Part shown: one piece after another, positions 8,939-18,388 of the stretch
Layout of the letters: every line of letters starts with the position of its first letter
How positions within the stretch are numbered: the stretch's first letter is position 1
Origin: an uncultured bacterium
Lineage (GTDB): Bacteria > Zixibacteria > MSB-5A5 > UBA10806
Assembly: GCA_965541585.1 (NCBI GenBank)
Contig: CBEUCH010000023.1
Span: forward strand, 1-38,435
Direction: 5' to 3'
DNA length: 38,435 bases
Made by a program: the position numbers and the translations under genes
Notes under the pieces: generated by a model
The model's database searches: none
What the model saw: only the letters and a program-made list of their open reading frames with translations
What the model was told of the DNA's origin: nothing

Positions 8939-10249
8939 TCATTGTATGGGGAATCCCTTTGGAATTCCCATACGTGATACATTTTTTATCATTTTCTGCA
9001 TGGCCGCGAACTGCTTCATAAGCTGATTGATCTCCTGGATGCTGGTTCCGGAACCATCAGCGATTCTCCGTCGTCGCGATCCGTCGATTATCGCGGGATG
9101 AAGTCTCTCTTTCATAGTCATGCTGTTAATTATGGCTTCGATTCTGACCAGGCCTGAATCGTCAACAGTCATTCCCTTTAGCTGTTTGCTCATACCGGGA
9201 ATCATTTCGAGCAAGCCCTGCAATGGCCCCATCTTCTTTAACTGTTTGAGCTGGCCCAAGAAATCCTCGAAAGTGAAACTCTCTTTGCGAAGCTTTTTTT
9301 CGAGTTTTCTGGCTTCCCCGAAATCTACTGCATCCTGGGCCTTTTCCACAAGTGAAACTATATCCCCCATGCCGAGAATCCTGGAGGCCATTCGGTCGGG
9401 GTGAAATTCCTCCAGGTCCGATAGTTTTTCGCCGGTACCGATAAATTTGATGGGAATACCGAGAGCCGCCTTCAACGACATGGCTGCCCCGCCCCGGGCG
9501 TCTCCGTCCATCTTGGTCAGGACGGCGCCGGTGAGATTGGCCCTTTTGTGGAATTCCGATGCTACGTTGAGCGCCTCCTGGCCCGTCATGGCATCGGCCA
9601 CCAGAAGAACCTCGGTGGCAGAGGAGGCCTTTTTTACCTCCTCCAGCTCGGTCATTAACTTCTCATCGATCTGGTGACGTCCGGCAGTATCGATTATGAC
9701 CGTATCCAGCATCTTCTCCCGGGCCTCGCGCAGGGAGCCGGTCGTGATTTTTGCTGCGCTTTTATCCGCAGTGTAGAATGGCATCTCGATGGAATCCGCC
9801 AGGATCTCAAGTTGCTTCTTAGCCGCCGGTCGATGAATATCCGCGGCTACCAATAGGGGCTGATGTCCCTTATTCCGAAGATATAACGCCAGCTTGCCCG
9901 CCAGAGTGGTCTTGCCGGAACCCTGCAGCCCCACCAGCAGAATAACGGTTGGTGGTTTGCCGGCAAATGAGAGATCGGCCCTGGCGCCGCCAAGAAGCTC
10001 AGCCATCTTCTCTGAGACCACCTTGATCATCTGCTGGCCGGGGGTAACCGATTTGGTAACCTCCCTGCCGATAGCCTCTTTCTCGATCTCGGCGATGAAG
10101 CCTTTGACCACCTTATAGTTGACGTCGGCCTCGAGCAGGGCCATACGGATCTCCCTGGCAGCCTCCTTGATATTCTTCTCCGAGAGGTAGCCTCGTCCGG
10201 TCAGCTTCCTGAAAATACCGTCGAATTTTCCCGTTATCTGCTCAAACAT
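8939..10249 (-). CDS. ffh: Signal recognition particle protein Ffh
   Basis: ALLEADV, GLQGSGKTT, DTAGR, TKMDGDARGG, RILGMGD, M domain SRRRRIADGSG. Confidence 0.98.
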   Translation of the reverse strand: MFEQITGKFDGIFRKLTGRGYLSEKNIKEAAREIRMALLEADVNYKVVKGFIAEIEKEAIGREVTKSVTPGQQMIKVVSEKMAELLGGARADLSFAGKPPTVILLVGLQGSGKTTLAGKLALYLRNKGHQPLLVAADIHRPAAKKQLEILADSIEMPFYTADKSAAKITTGSLREAREKMLDTVIIDTAGRHQIDEKLMTELEEVKKASSATEVLLVADAMTGQEALNVASEFHKRANLTGAVLTKMDGDARGGAAMSLKAALGIPIKFIGTGEKLSDLEEFHPDRMASRILGMGDIVSLVEKAQDAVDFGEARKLEKKLRKESFTFEDFLGQLKQLKKMGPLQGLLEMIPGMSKQLKGMTVDDSGLVRIEAIINSMTMKERLHPAIIDGSRRRRIADGSGTSIQEINQLMKQFAAMQKMIKNVSRMGIPKGFPIQ

Positions 10250-10418
10250 AATCTCGAACTCTTAACCCGGCCAAGGTGATGCCTCTAAACCGCATACAGT
10301 CCACCCTCGAACCCAAAGACAATTTACTATAATAATCTTTTTTACAGATTATGCAACAATAAATTCCCGCAATCCCAGCCCCGATCCGCGGTGTATCCGA
10401 GGTAAGAGGCGGAAGATA

Positions 10419-10447
10419 TTGACAAGCGGTCTGTCTTCAGGTAAGGT
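10419..10447 (+). promoter_or_regulatory. Possible sigma70 promoter for the paralog pair
   Basis: TTGACA-N17-TAAGGT. Confidence 0.35.
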
Positions 10448-10497
10448 TTTCTATCGAGGCAAGAAGTTATCAGCAGAAAAAGGTTTGAGATTTCAAG

Positions 10498-11028
10498 ATG
10501 AAAGGATTATTACTAACATTTTATGCCTTAGTTCTGGTTTTTTCGTCTGAGCCTGTTTATTGTGAAGATTTCCATCGTGAGGCATTAGTAAGGAAAAGGC
10601 TGGCAGAAGTATGGTCGGGCGAAAAGGATTCATTGGGCTCCACCGAATATCGACGTAAAGATCCCATAGCGGCCCTCGTGATAGCAGCAGGTCCGGGAAT
10701 TTTCGTTCACGGTGCAGGGCATTTTTATATAGGGGAAAAGAAGGTCGGCGCGGGGTTATTGGCAGCTGAGCTGGTTTCGCTCCCGCTCTTTTATATATCG
10801 ATTGCTCACGGAATGGCGGAAGCGGAGGGGGGGTCAACGCTCTCGCCGAACCTGGCATTTGCGGTCGGAATTTCGGCGGCCGCTCTTTTCTTTGGCTCGT
10901 ATTTCATTGATGTAGCAGTGGCACCTGCCAAAGCGGCGGAAATGAATAGAAAATATGCCCATCAACTTATCATCTACCCAAAAGTGGAGAAACACAGCAT
11001 ATCTGTGAACTTGGCTTTAAATCTATAA
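10498..11028 (+). CDS. Exported/membrane protein with TM2-like motif (paralog 1)
   Basis: Signal peptide, RKDPIAALVIAAGPGIFVHGAGHFYIGEKK, amphipathic C-terminal strand. Confidence 0.75.
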   Translation: MKGLLLTFYALVLVFSSEPVYCEDFHREALVRKRLAEVWSGEKDSLGSTEYRRKDPIAALVIAAGPGIFVHGAGHFYIGEKKVGAGLLAAELVSLPLFYISIAHGMAEAEGGSTLSPNLAFAVGISAAALFFGSYFIDVAVAPAKAAEMNRKYAHQLIIYPKVEKHSISVNLALNL

Positions 11029-11119
11029 AATGCACAGCAGGTGGAATATTTCTTTGATATACTTGTAAGAACTATGAGTGCAGCGAATATCTATCGACTA
11101 CGAAAGGATAAAGCGGTAA

Positions 11120-11722
11120 ATGAGAAGTAGAATATCTATTTTGACACTGTGGCTTCAAATTATACTTGTATCCTTTAGCTCCGAAGGAACTTGTGGAGAT
11201 TCTAATTACGATTCCTTGAAAAAGGGCAACGAGTATATGCGCATACGTAATGCCCTTTCCATGTCAATGCAGGAATATATGACTAGTGGATTTCATCAGA
11301 AAGATAGTGCAGAAAACAAGGATACTGTCGTGCTTAAGAATTTTACCAAATACGAACGGAAAAATCCCTGGATCGCATTTGGATTAGCTTGGGGGCCGGG
11401 TTTTCTTGTTCACGGATTGGGGCATTACTATATTGGGGACAAGAAAACTGCGTATTTGCTTTTGTCCGCTGAAGCGGTCTCGGTTTCATTGTTTTATCTC
11501 GAACGTCGTATGGGACGGGATTTTGGCAACGATGGACTTGAGCGTGACATGAGCTTAATAGGCTTTCTTGGCGCAGCAGTATTTGTATCTTCTTATATGT
11601 ACGATTATATAGGCGCTCCATACAAGGCAAACAAAAGGAATAAAGAGCATCTTCGTTCACATATGATTCTTCCAAAGGTTAAAGAGGGGAAAGTACTGCT
11701 AAACATCTGTTTTGTATTTTGA
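11120..11722 (+). CDS. Exported/membrane protein with TM2-like motif (paralog 2)
   Basis: Signal peptide, RKNPWIAFGLAWGPGFLVHGLGHYYIGDKK, ends in Phe. Clear paralog of the upstream gene. Confidence 0.75.
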   Translation: MRSRISILTLWLQIILVSFSSEGTCGDSNYDSLKKGNEYMRIRNALSMSMQEYMTSGFHQKDSAENKDTVVLKNFTKYERKNPWIAFGLAWGPGFLVHGLGHYYIGDKKTAYLLLSAEAVSVSLFYLERRMGRDFGNDGLERDMSLIGFLGAAVFVSSYMYDYIGAPYKANKRNKEHLRSHMILPKVKEGKVLLNICFVF

Positions 11723-11797
11723 TATTTCCTATGCAGTGGAATAGTTGGATCTAACCGTATCTGGCATTATTTATATCGGGCCTGGCCTTATCGGCTT

Positions 11798-12448
11798 TCA
11801 TACGCGTAACCAATCAATCGCCTTTTTATAATCCCCTGATTTGAAGATGTAATTCCCGGCAACGATCAATGTGGCGCCGTTTGAGGCTGCAGTCTTGACT
11901 GTCTGATCGTTTAAGCCGCCGTCGACCTCGATCTCGTACTTAAAGCCGTTTTCCTGCTTCAGCCTGGCTGCTTCGGCTATGGTCGGAATTGTCGATTTCA
12001 TGAATTCCTGCCCGCTGAATCCCGGATATACGGTCATGATGAGCAGGATATCGATCATATTCAGATAGTCTGTGATCGCATCAAGTTTCGTATCCGGTTT
12101 TATGCTGACCCCGAAAGATTTGTCGAAACTCTTGACGAGTTCTAAAAGCTGGGGAATGGGGGGGGTAACCTCCGAGTGCACCGTGATGCTGTCTGCTCCC
12201 GCCTTTGCGAATTTCTCTATGAAAACCTGCGGGTTGTCGATCATCAAATGAACGTCCAGGGGGAGATCGGTAATCTTGTCAATAGCTTTTACGAGACCCG
12301 GCCCGTAGGTTAAATTAGGCACGAAATGACCGTCCATTATATCAATATGAATCATATCGGCGCCGGCATCTTCTATTCTCTTAATCTCGTCTTGTAGATG
12401 CAAAATATCAGCCGAGAGAATCGACGGCGCAATTTTTGTTTTAGCCAT
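11798..12448 (-). CDS. rpe: Ribulose-phosphate 3-epimerase
   Basis: IAPSILSAD, HIDIMDGHFVPNLTYG, DVHLM, MTVYPGFSGQ, EVDGG. ATG 12448 overlaps the upstream TAA. Confidence 0.97.
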   Translation of the reverse strand: MAKTKIAPSILSADILHLQDEIKRIEDAGADMIHIDIMDGHFVPNLTYGPGLVKAIDKITDLPLDVHLMIDNPQVFIEKFAKAGADSITVHSEVTPPIPQLLELVKSFDKSFGVSIKPDTKLDAITDYLNMIDILLIMTVYPGFSGQEFMKSTIPTIAEAARLKQENGFKYEIEVDGGLNDQTVKTAASNGATLIVAGNYIFKSGDYKKAIDWLRV

Positions 12449-13200
12449 TATTGGTCCAATATCGATATAGTGAGATCGACCACGCTCCATTTACTGACGG
12501 GATCGCCGGCGGGTATAGATTGACCGATCACAGTTTCCGGCAGGAGATCGTTGTCTACCTCGATAGTCAGTTCACCGATCAGAAGATAATTTTCTTCGGC
12601 CAGGATTCTTGCCTGTTCCAGATCGAGACCTGTGAAGTCGAGGACTGTCACCATCATGCCGGTTTCTCTGCGGTTGACCAGAAGCTCCACCTCGGCATTG
12701 AGCTTCATAACGGTGGCTTCTGCCGGGACCGAGCCCAGGATCACTCCATCCGGTTTAGTTTCGTTTATCAGCCAAACGATAGCGCCCGGCTGCAATCCCT
12801 CGTTCTCCAACAGGAAGCGGGCTTCCCGCAACGAAAAACCCTCCAGCCGGGGTACAGTTGCCGATGCCGATCCCTTGCTGATAGTCAGAATTACTCTACG
12901 CCCCTTTTTGACTATAGCGCCACCATCTGGCCTCTGGTTTATCACCGTGCCTTTAGGTCTGTCAGAATCGAATTCCTCGCCACCTTTTATTGTACCCAAT
13001 CCGATTTCGTTTAATTTAGCCTCAGCCGCCCTGAGAGACAGATTGATAACATCGGGGACCCTGGCCTCAGAACCCCCCTTAACTGCCAGCGGCATAACTA
13101 TGAAATCCATTATCAATGCCAGAATTATCATTCCCCCGAAGAAAACTCCCAATGTTATTCCGGTTCCTATCGCGGTTTCTTTTTTGATCTTAAATCGCAC
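12448..13200 (-). CDS. Membrane-anchored protein with three PASTA domains, no kinase domain
   Basis: N-terminal TM, then VPDVINLS..GTVINQRP, VPRLEGFS..GVILGSVP, VLDFTGLD..TVIGQSIP. Confidence 0.9.
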   Translation of the reverse strand: MRFKIKKETAIGTGITLGVFFGGMIILALIMDFIVMPLAVKGGSEARVPDVINLSLRAAEAKLNEIGLGTIKGGEEFDSDRPKGTVINQRPDGGAIVKKGRRVILTISKGSASATVPRLEGFSLREARFLLENEGLQPGAIVWLINETKPDGVILGSVPAEATVMKLNAEVELLVNRRETGMMVTVLDFTGLDLEQARILAEENYLLIGELTIEVDNDLLPETVIGQSIPAGDPVSKWSVVDLTISILDQ

Positions 13201-14536
13201 TGCTTTTTCTCAATCTGGCGAACCCGCCGCCTCCGATGCCATGTTTATGCGGCCAGCTTCTATAGACTCCGATATCCGATTTAAACGGTTCAAGCAGGGA
13301 AGAGTTTCCGTTCTCCAGTTCGAATTGCGCATGCGATCTTAAAAATTTCTCGAGCACTTCCTCGATCTCCTCCGGTTCGGTGGTGCAGGTGGAGTAAACC
13401 AGGCAACCGTCATCTGTAAGGTGCGACGATGCTTTGTTGAGCATTTTGAGTTGAAGTTCTGAAAGCCTCCTGATATCCTCTTCGCTCTTATTCCACTTCA
13501 GATCCACATTGGTTGACATCGTTCCCAGTCCACTGCATGGAACGTCGAGCAAAATATATCTGAATTTCCGTGTCGTTGCAAATTTAAAAATATCGCTTTC
13601 AATAATCTCTACATTTGAAAATCCAACTCTCACGATATTTTGCTTTATCTTGCTAATGCGCCCGGGATCTATATCAACTGAAATTACTTTGCCATGAGGG
13701 CCAATGCGGTCGGCCAGGGCTATCGTTTTGCCGCCCGGGGCGGAGCAGAGGTCCAGCACCGTTTCGCCCGGCGGCGAATCCAGCAGATATAATGGCAATC
13801 CCTGCGACTCATCCTGGACATAGAGATAACCTTCTTTGAACAGTGACGATCTCAGGATGGCTCCGGCGTTTTCGGTGGCGATGAAATCGGGCAGGAAAAG
13901 ACCTGCCTCGACCTCTATTCCGTCTTTTTCGAGCTCCTCGATTGCTGATGCGCGGTCGATTCTTTGCGTGATAATTCTAAAGGACGTTTTCGGTCTGCGA
14001 TTATTGGCTTTCAACATATCCTCCGTCTCATCGAAACCGAATCTCGCGTGCCATCGCCTGACCAGCCATTCGGGATAGGAATGGAATATGGCGAGGTAGG
14101 CGAGAGGATCGGTTTCGGGATCGGGATAGGAGATTGTTGATCGCTCCCTTATGAAAGTCCTCAGGACAGCGTTTACGAATCCCGCGTCTTCTTTCGTCAA
14201 GGCCCTGCGCACAATTTCGACCGTATCGTCTACGGCGGCGTATTCGGGCACGCCCGTCGTTTGCGTGAGTTGATATAGACCCAACCGCAGCGCTGCCAGA
14301 ACCTCCTGCTTCTGGCTCGAAAGCGGGGCCTTGATGAATTTCTGCGCGAGGTAATCCAGGTGTTTAAGATACCTGATGGTTCCCATTGTCAATTCCCATA
14401 TCAAACCGAGATCGGCGTGGGTGATATCAGGCGTAACCAGAGAATTCAATATAGAATTGGGATCTTTTCCCGATCTCTGGAACTCCAGGATAGCCTCCCA
14501 GGCCAGATTGCGAGATATGGATGGAACTTTGCTCAC
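13190..14536 (-). CDS. rsmB: 16S rRNA m5C967 methyltransferase RsmB
   Basis: NusB-like N-terminus (LRLGLYQL, GFVNAVLR), VQDE, LDLCSAPGGKT, DVPCSGLG, YSTCT. Confidence 0.95.
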   Translation of the reverse strand: MSKVPSISRNLAWEAILEFQRSGKDPNSILNSLVTPDITHADLGLIWELTMGTIRYLKHLDYLAQKFIKAPLSSQKQEVLAALRLGLYQLTQTTGVPEYAAVDDTVEIVRRALTKEDAGFVNAVLRTFIRERSTISYPDPETDPLAYLAIFHSYPEWLVRRWHARFGFDETEDMLKANNRRPKTSFRIITQRIDRASAIEELEKDGIEVEAGLFLPDFIATENAGAILRSSLFKEGYLYVQDESQGLPLYLLDSPPGETVLDLCSAPGGKTIALADRIGPHGKVISVDIDPGRISKIKQNIVRVGFSNVEIIESDIFKFATTRKFRYILLDVPCSGLGTMSTNVDLKWNKSEEDIRRLSELQLKMLNKASSHLTDDGCLVYSTCTTEPEEIEEVLEKFLRSHAQFELENGNSSLLEPFKSDIGVYRSWPHKHGIGGGGFARLRKSSAI

Positions 14537-17094
14537 ACCAGATCAAGGGGATCTATCAGGCGTTCCCCCAACATTTGAAATTGACATTTCCGATGAATGG
14601 TCAACGGCTTGACCAATTCCGAATCCAACCCGAGGCCAAAAATCAATATTTCCTCCGGTTTCAGATGACCGTCGGGAGTTTGCAGAATGTCCGCGATCAA
14701 TCGGTCGCCGGCAAATTCCAGGTTTTCGAGGTATTTACCGGCGTCGATTTTCTTTTCAACGCCCTGCCTCGTTCTGGTTACGGCCAGGGTCTTTTCGGAG
14801 ACTATCATCCTGAGCTTTTCGGTATCGAATGGGTGGTTATCGATAAAGGGTATCTCGTATCGAGTCATGTTCAATTGCTTTGACAGAGACGCTCCCTTGG
14901 CGAAATAGTGTTTATGCCGGGTTATCGTCAATGATGGCGGCAGAGCATCATTCAATCTATTAACGAACTCTTCGCGGTAAGGTTGAGTAAACTGCAAATC
15001 GAGATACTCTGCCTCGGATGTGTATCCGACCGGAAGCGGAGGCCCGAACGAGATTTTCAGATGGGGGTGGTAGCCCTCGCTGAAGGCCACAGGTATGCCG
15101 CTTCTTCTGATGGCCCGGTAAAGAGTCCTGATAGTATCGAGGTGCGAGAGGAAGCGAAGCCTTTCCGCCCGCATATATCGTATTCGCAATCTGTAGATGT
15201 TCGGCGAAGTGGGCTGTTGCCCGGTAATCCTCCTGGCACTCCGGCCGAAGCGGTCGCTGGTTATATGAGAAGATTGCTGCTCTTTCTGCCGGTCGAATTT
15301 CGTCGCGGGCGGAATCCCCTGTCTCGATTTCTCATTATCTTTCTTTAGAAATTCTTTCGAGATACCTTTATCTATATGGTCCCATGGCAGCGGATTGTCT
15401 TCGTTCAGTGCACTGGTGAATAATATTATATCAATTCCGGCCCCGGTGAAAGCATCATACCATCTCCGGGCGTCGAACCATTCCGACCAGCCGTCCAGCC
15501 GGGAGCCGTTGCGATAGGCGTTATAGATGACTTCGCCGAGCCGCCTGTCGCCTCTGCCGAGAACACCCTCCAATAGTGAAAGGTCGAGATCAGGATATTT
15601 GATTTTGACATTGGGTTTTCTTATGCTTTTTGTGATGGTGGTGATTTTCTTCTTCAGTTCTTCCACACCGGCCTGCATCTCCCATTGCCAGGGCGTGTGA
15701 CTTTTGGGGCTGAATGGTGAAATAGTGACGTTAAGATTACACCTGCCTCTTTTCCGGCTGATCAAATAGGATATTTTCCGGAGCATGGCGACGATACCGT
15801 TTATGTCTTCATCGGTCTCGCCCGGTAATCCCACCATAAAATACAGCTTAAACGAGCTCCATCCCGAATCTAAGGCAATCTCCAATGTCTTATAGATCTC
15901 TGAATCGCTTATTCTTTTGCCAAGGACATTTCTCATCCTCTCTGTCCCTGCCTCCGGCGCCAGAGTAAGGCCTGATTTTCGGGTGTCGCCGAGAGTTTCC
16001 AGCAGTGATGCTGTAATAGTTTCCGGCCTCAGTGACGGCAGTCCCAGTGAAACCTTCCTGTCGGCAAGGTGCGGTCCGATTTTCGCAAGGAGTTCGTCCA
16101 GATGATCATAATCTGTGGACGAGAGAGAAAGAAGGGTCACATCCTCATATCCTGTTTCCGCCAGCGATGATATCAACTGCGAAGCTATGGCCTGCGGATC
16201 CCTCTGCCTTTGAGGGCGATACTGGAAGCCGGCCTGACAGAACCTGCAGCCCCTGATACAACCTCGCATAATCTCTATGGTAAGATGGTCATGAACGATC
16301 TCGACATACGGAAAGATCGGTTTTTCCGGATAGTATTCGCTTTTTAATTCTCCTACGGTCCTGCACTTGATCTTTTCAGGCATATCCGGATTGGACCTTT
16401 CGAGAGATATGAAATTCCCCTTATGGTCATATGCTGGTTCATAAAAGCGCGGCACGTAGATACCTGAAACCTCCGAGAGCCTACGGAGCAATTCGTCTCT
16501 GGGAACTCCTGCCTTTCTGGAACTGATAATGGAGTCTATGATTTCATGTATCGCTTCCTCGGCGTCCCCGATGTAGAAAGCATCGATAAAATCTGCCATC
16601 GGCTCAGGATTCATAACGGACGATCCACCGGCCAGTATAATCGGATCGGGCTCATTCCTATCGCCGGAATAAAGCGGAATCCCGGCCAGTTCCAGCATGC
16701 ACAACGTGGTTGTATATGTCATCTCGTAGGTAAGGTGAAAGCCCAGTATGTCAAAATCCTTGAGAGGCGTGCAGGACTCGAGGGAAAATAATTCCACTCC
16801 TTTTTCGATCATCCGTTGCTCCATATCCGGCCATACGGCGAAGGATCGCTCAGCGAGGCAATCGGTGCGTTTATTGATCAGATTATAAAGGATTTGCATC
16901 CCCAGGTATGACATGCCGATCTCATACATTTCGGGAAAGCAGAGGGCGATCTTGAGAATCTCATCGGTATGTTTCTTTATAATTGTATTTTGCTCGCCCC
17001 CGGCGTACCGAGCCGGTTTGCTCACAAATGGGAGTACCTCCGCCTCCAGCCTCCCCCAGAGTTTATTTTTATTTTCCGGAAAATTCGCTTTCAT
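14533..17094 (-). CDS. B12-binding radical SAM protein (TIGR03960-like) fused to a radical SAM-linked domain (TIGR03936/DUF2344-like)
   Basis: KPARYAGGE, YEIGMS, RGCIRGCRFCQAG (CxxxCxxC), LTLAPEAG, LPWDHI; C-terminal RFLSHLD...FSEGYHPH. Confidence 0.9.
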   Translation of the reverse strand: MKANFPENKNKLWGRLEAEVLPFVSKPARYAGGEQNTIIKKHTDEILKIALCFPEMYEIGMSYLGMQILYNLINKRTDCLAERSFAVWPDMEQRMIEKGVELFSLESCTPLKDFDILGFHLTYEMTYTTTLCMLELAGIPLYSGDRNEPDPIILAGGSSVMNPEPMADFIDAFYIGDAEEAIHEIIDSIISSRKAGVPRDELLRRLSEVSGIYVPRFYEPAYDHKGNFISLERSNPDMPEKIKCRTVGELKSEYYPEKPIFPYVEIVHDHLTIEIMRGCIRGCRFCQAGFQYRPQRQRDPQAIASQLISSLAETGYEDVTLLSLSSTDYDHLDELLAKIGPHLADRKVSLGLPSLRPETITASLLETLGDTRKSGLTLAPEAGTERMRNVLGKRISDSEIYKTLEIALDSGWSSFKLYFMVGLPGETDEDINGIVAMLRKISYLISRKRGRCNLNVTISPFSPKSHTPWQWEMQAGVEELKKKITTITKSIRKPNVKIKYPDLDLSLLEGVLGRGDRRLGEVIYNAYRNGSRLDGWSEWFDARRWYDAFTGAGIDIILFTSALNEDNPLPWDHIDKGISKEFLKKDNEKSRQGIPPATKFDRQKEQQSSHITSDRFGRSARRITGQQPTSPNIYRLRIRYMRAERLRFLSHLDTIRTLYRAIRRSGIPVAFSEGYHPHLKISFGPPLPVGYTSEAEYLDLQFTQPYREEFVNRLNDALPPSLTITRHKHYFAKGASLSKQLNMTRYEIPFIDNHPFDTEKLRMIVSEKTLAVTRTRQGVEKKIDAGKYLENLEFAGDRLIADILQTPDGHLKPEEILIFGLGLDSELVKPLTIHRKCQFQMLGERLIDPLDLV

Positions 17095-17237
17095 ATGATA
17101 TCCCTACAATCCCCGATGAATGAATATACACTGTAATTCTATCTTAATCAACAGATTACGGGCATCAGAAATAAAGAACTAGTGCCTGGACCGGGGTAGG
17201 ATGAGGATGCAGCTAATGCATTCAGGAACCACGGAGA

Positions 17238-17266
17238 TTGACAAAATATTTTCGTCGAGGTATATT
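17238..17266 (+). promoter_or_regulatory. Sigma70-type promoter upstream of lemA
   Basis: TTGACA-N17-TATATT. Confidence 0.6.
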
Positions 17267-17341
17267 TACATGATGGAAAATTTATCCCGGTTATCAGAGT
17301 GCAACTCGCCGGAGAGAAACAGATTTTAAAGGGGAAGAATT

Positions 17342-17911
17342 GTGGCTTTATCTAAGGGCGGATGGATCGTTATCATTCTATTAGTAATTGCGTTGGTTCT
17401 GGTGGGAACGATAATTTCCATGTATAACTCGTTGGCTCGCAAGGACGTATTGGTTGACAATACATGGGCTGAGATTGATAATCAGCTCAAGCGGCGGAGC
17501 GATCTTATTCCAAATCTGGTGGAGACGGTGAAAGGTTACGCCGCTCACGAAAAAGAGCTGTTTGAGAACATTGCCAACGCCAGAGCGAAGCTGGCAGGTT
17601 CCGCCACTATTCCCGGTAAAATAGGCGCTGCCAATGAGTTAAGCGGTTTCCTGGGACGGCTTCTGGCGATTGCGGAGAATTATCCACTGTTAAAAGCCAA
17701 CGAGAACTTTTTAAAACTTCAAGATGAACTTGCTGGCACCGAAAACAGAATTGCAGTATCGCGGACAAGATACAATCAGGCGGTCAGGGATTTTAACACC
17801 GCCATAAGAATATTCCCGTCGAATATCATGGCGGGCTTTCTCGGATATACGAAGAAGGAGTTTTTCGAAGTACCGGAGACAGCCAAGGAACTTCCTCAGG
17901 TTAAGTTTTAG
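17342..17911 (+). CDS. lemA: LemA family protein
   Basis: N-terminal TM, YNSL, QLKRRSDLIPNLVETVKGYAAHE, ENYPLLKANENF, ENRIAVSR. Confidence 0.95.
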   Translation: MALSKGGWIVIILLVIALVLVGTIISMYNSLARKDVLVDNTWAEIDNQLKRRSDLIPNLVETVKGYAAHEKELFENIANARAKLAGSATIPGKIGAANELSGFLGRLLAIAENYPLLKANENFLKLQDELAGTENRIAVSRTRYNQAVRDFNTAIRIFPSNIMAGFLGYTKKEFFEVPETAKELPQVKF

Positions 17912-17974
17912 GTAGCTGCGGGATTTTCGGCAGCATTAATCCTCGAGGCAATCGGGGATAGAGGTAGAAAAATA

Positions 17975-18359
17975 AAGCAGGCCTGGCGGCCGCTCTCCCA
18001 CGCTTCGGGCGGGGGAGGGAGGAAAGTCCGAGCTTTCAAGGGTGACGATGCCTCGTAACACGAGGGGATCCGTTTCGCGAGGAACGGGTTACGGACAGCG
18101 CCGCAGAAAATATACCGCCCGTAAGGGTAAGGGTGAAAAGGTGGTGTAAGAGACCACCGGGCCCCGCGAGAGCGGGGTCGCACGGCAAGCCCCATCCGAA
18201 AGCAAGGCCAAATAAGAGAAGAGAGGTGACCCGCCTCGTTTGATTCTCGGGTGGGCTGCACGATCCCGGTGGCGACATCGGGACCAGATAGATGGCCGCC
18301 GTCCGGTTGGCAATCGTATGGTTGCTCCCGGAGACAGAACTCGGCTTACCGGCCTGCTT
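17975..18359 (+). ncRNA. rnpB: RNase P RNA (bacterial type A)
   Basis: GAGGAAAGTCCGAGC and ACAGAACTCGGCTTA (P4), CAGCGCCGCAGAAA, AAGGGTGAAAAGGTGGTGTAAGAGACCACC, AGCAAGGCCAAATA; ends AAGCAGGCC and GGCCTGCTT form P1. Confidence 0.97.
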
Positions 18360-18388
18360 AAATTGAAAATAATTGCTGGAGTAAATAA

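Noticed and set aside
10250..10497. SRP RNA next to ffh
   Set aside because: No CAGG...GGAAGCAGC domain IV motif on either strand.
12451..13342. Long plus-strand ORFs (187 and 236 aa); likewise 24930-25754 and 30728-31798 on the minus strand
   Set aside because: Antisense to well-supported genes, with no recognisable motifs.
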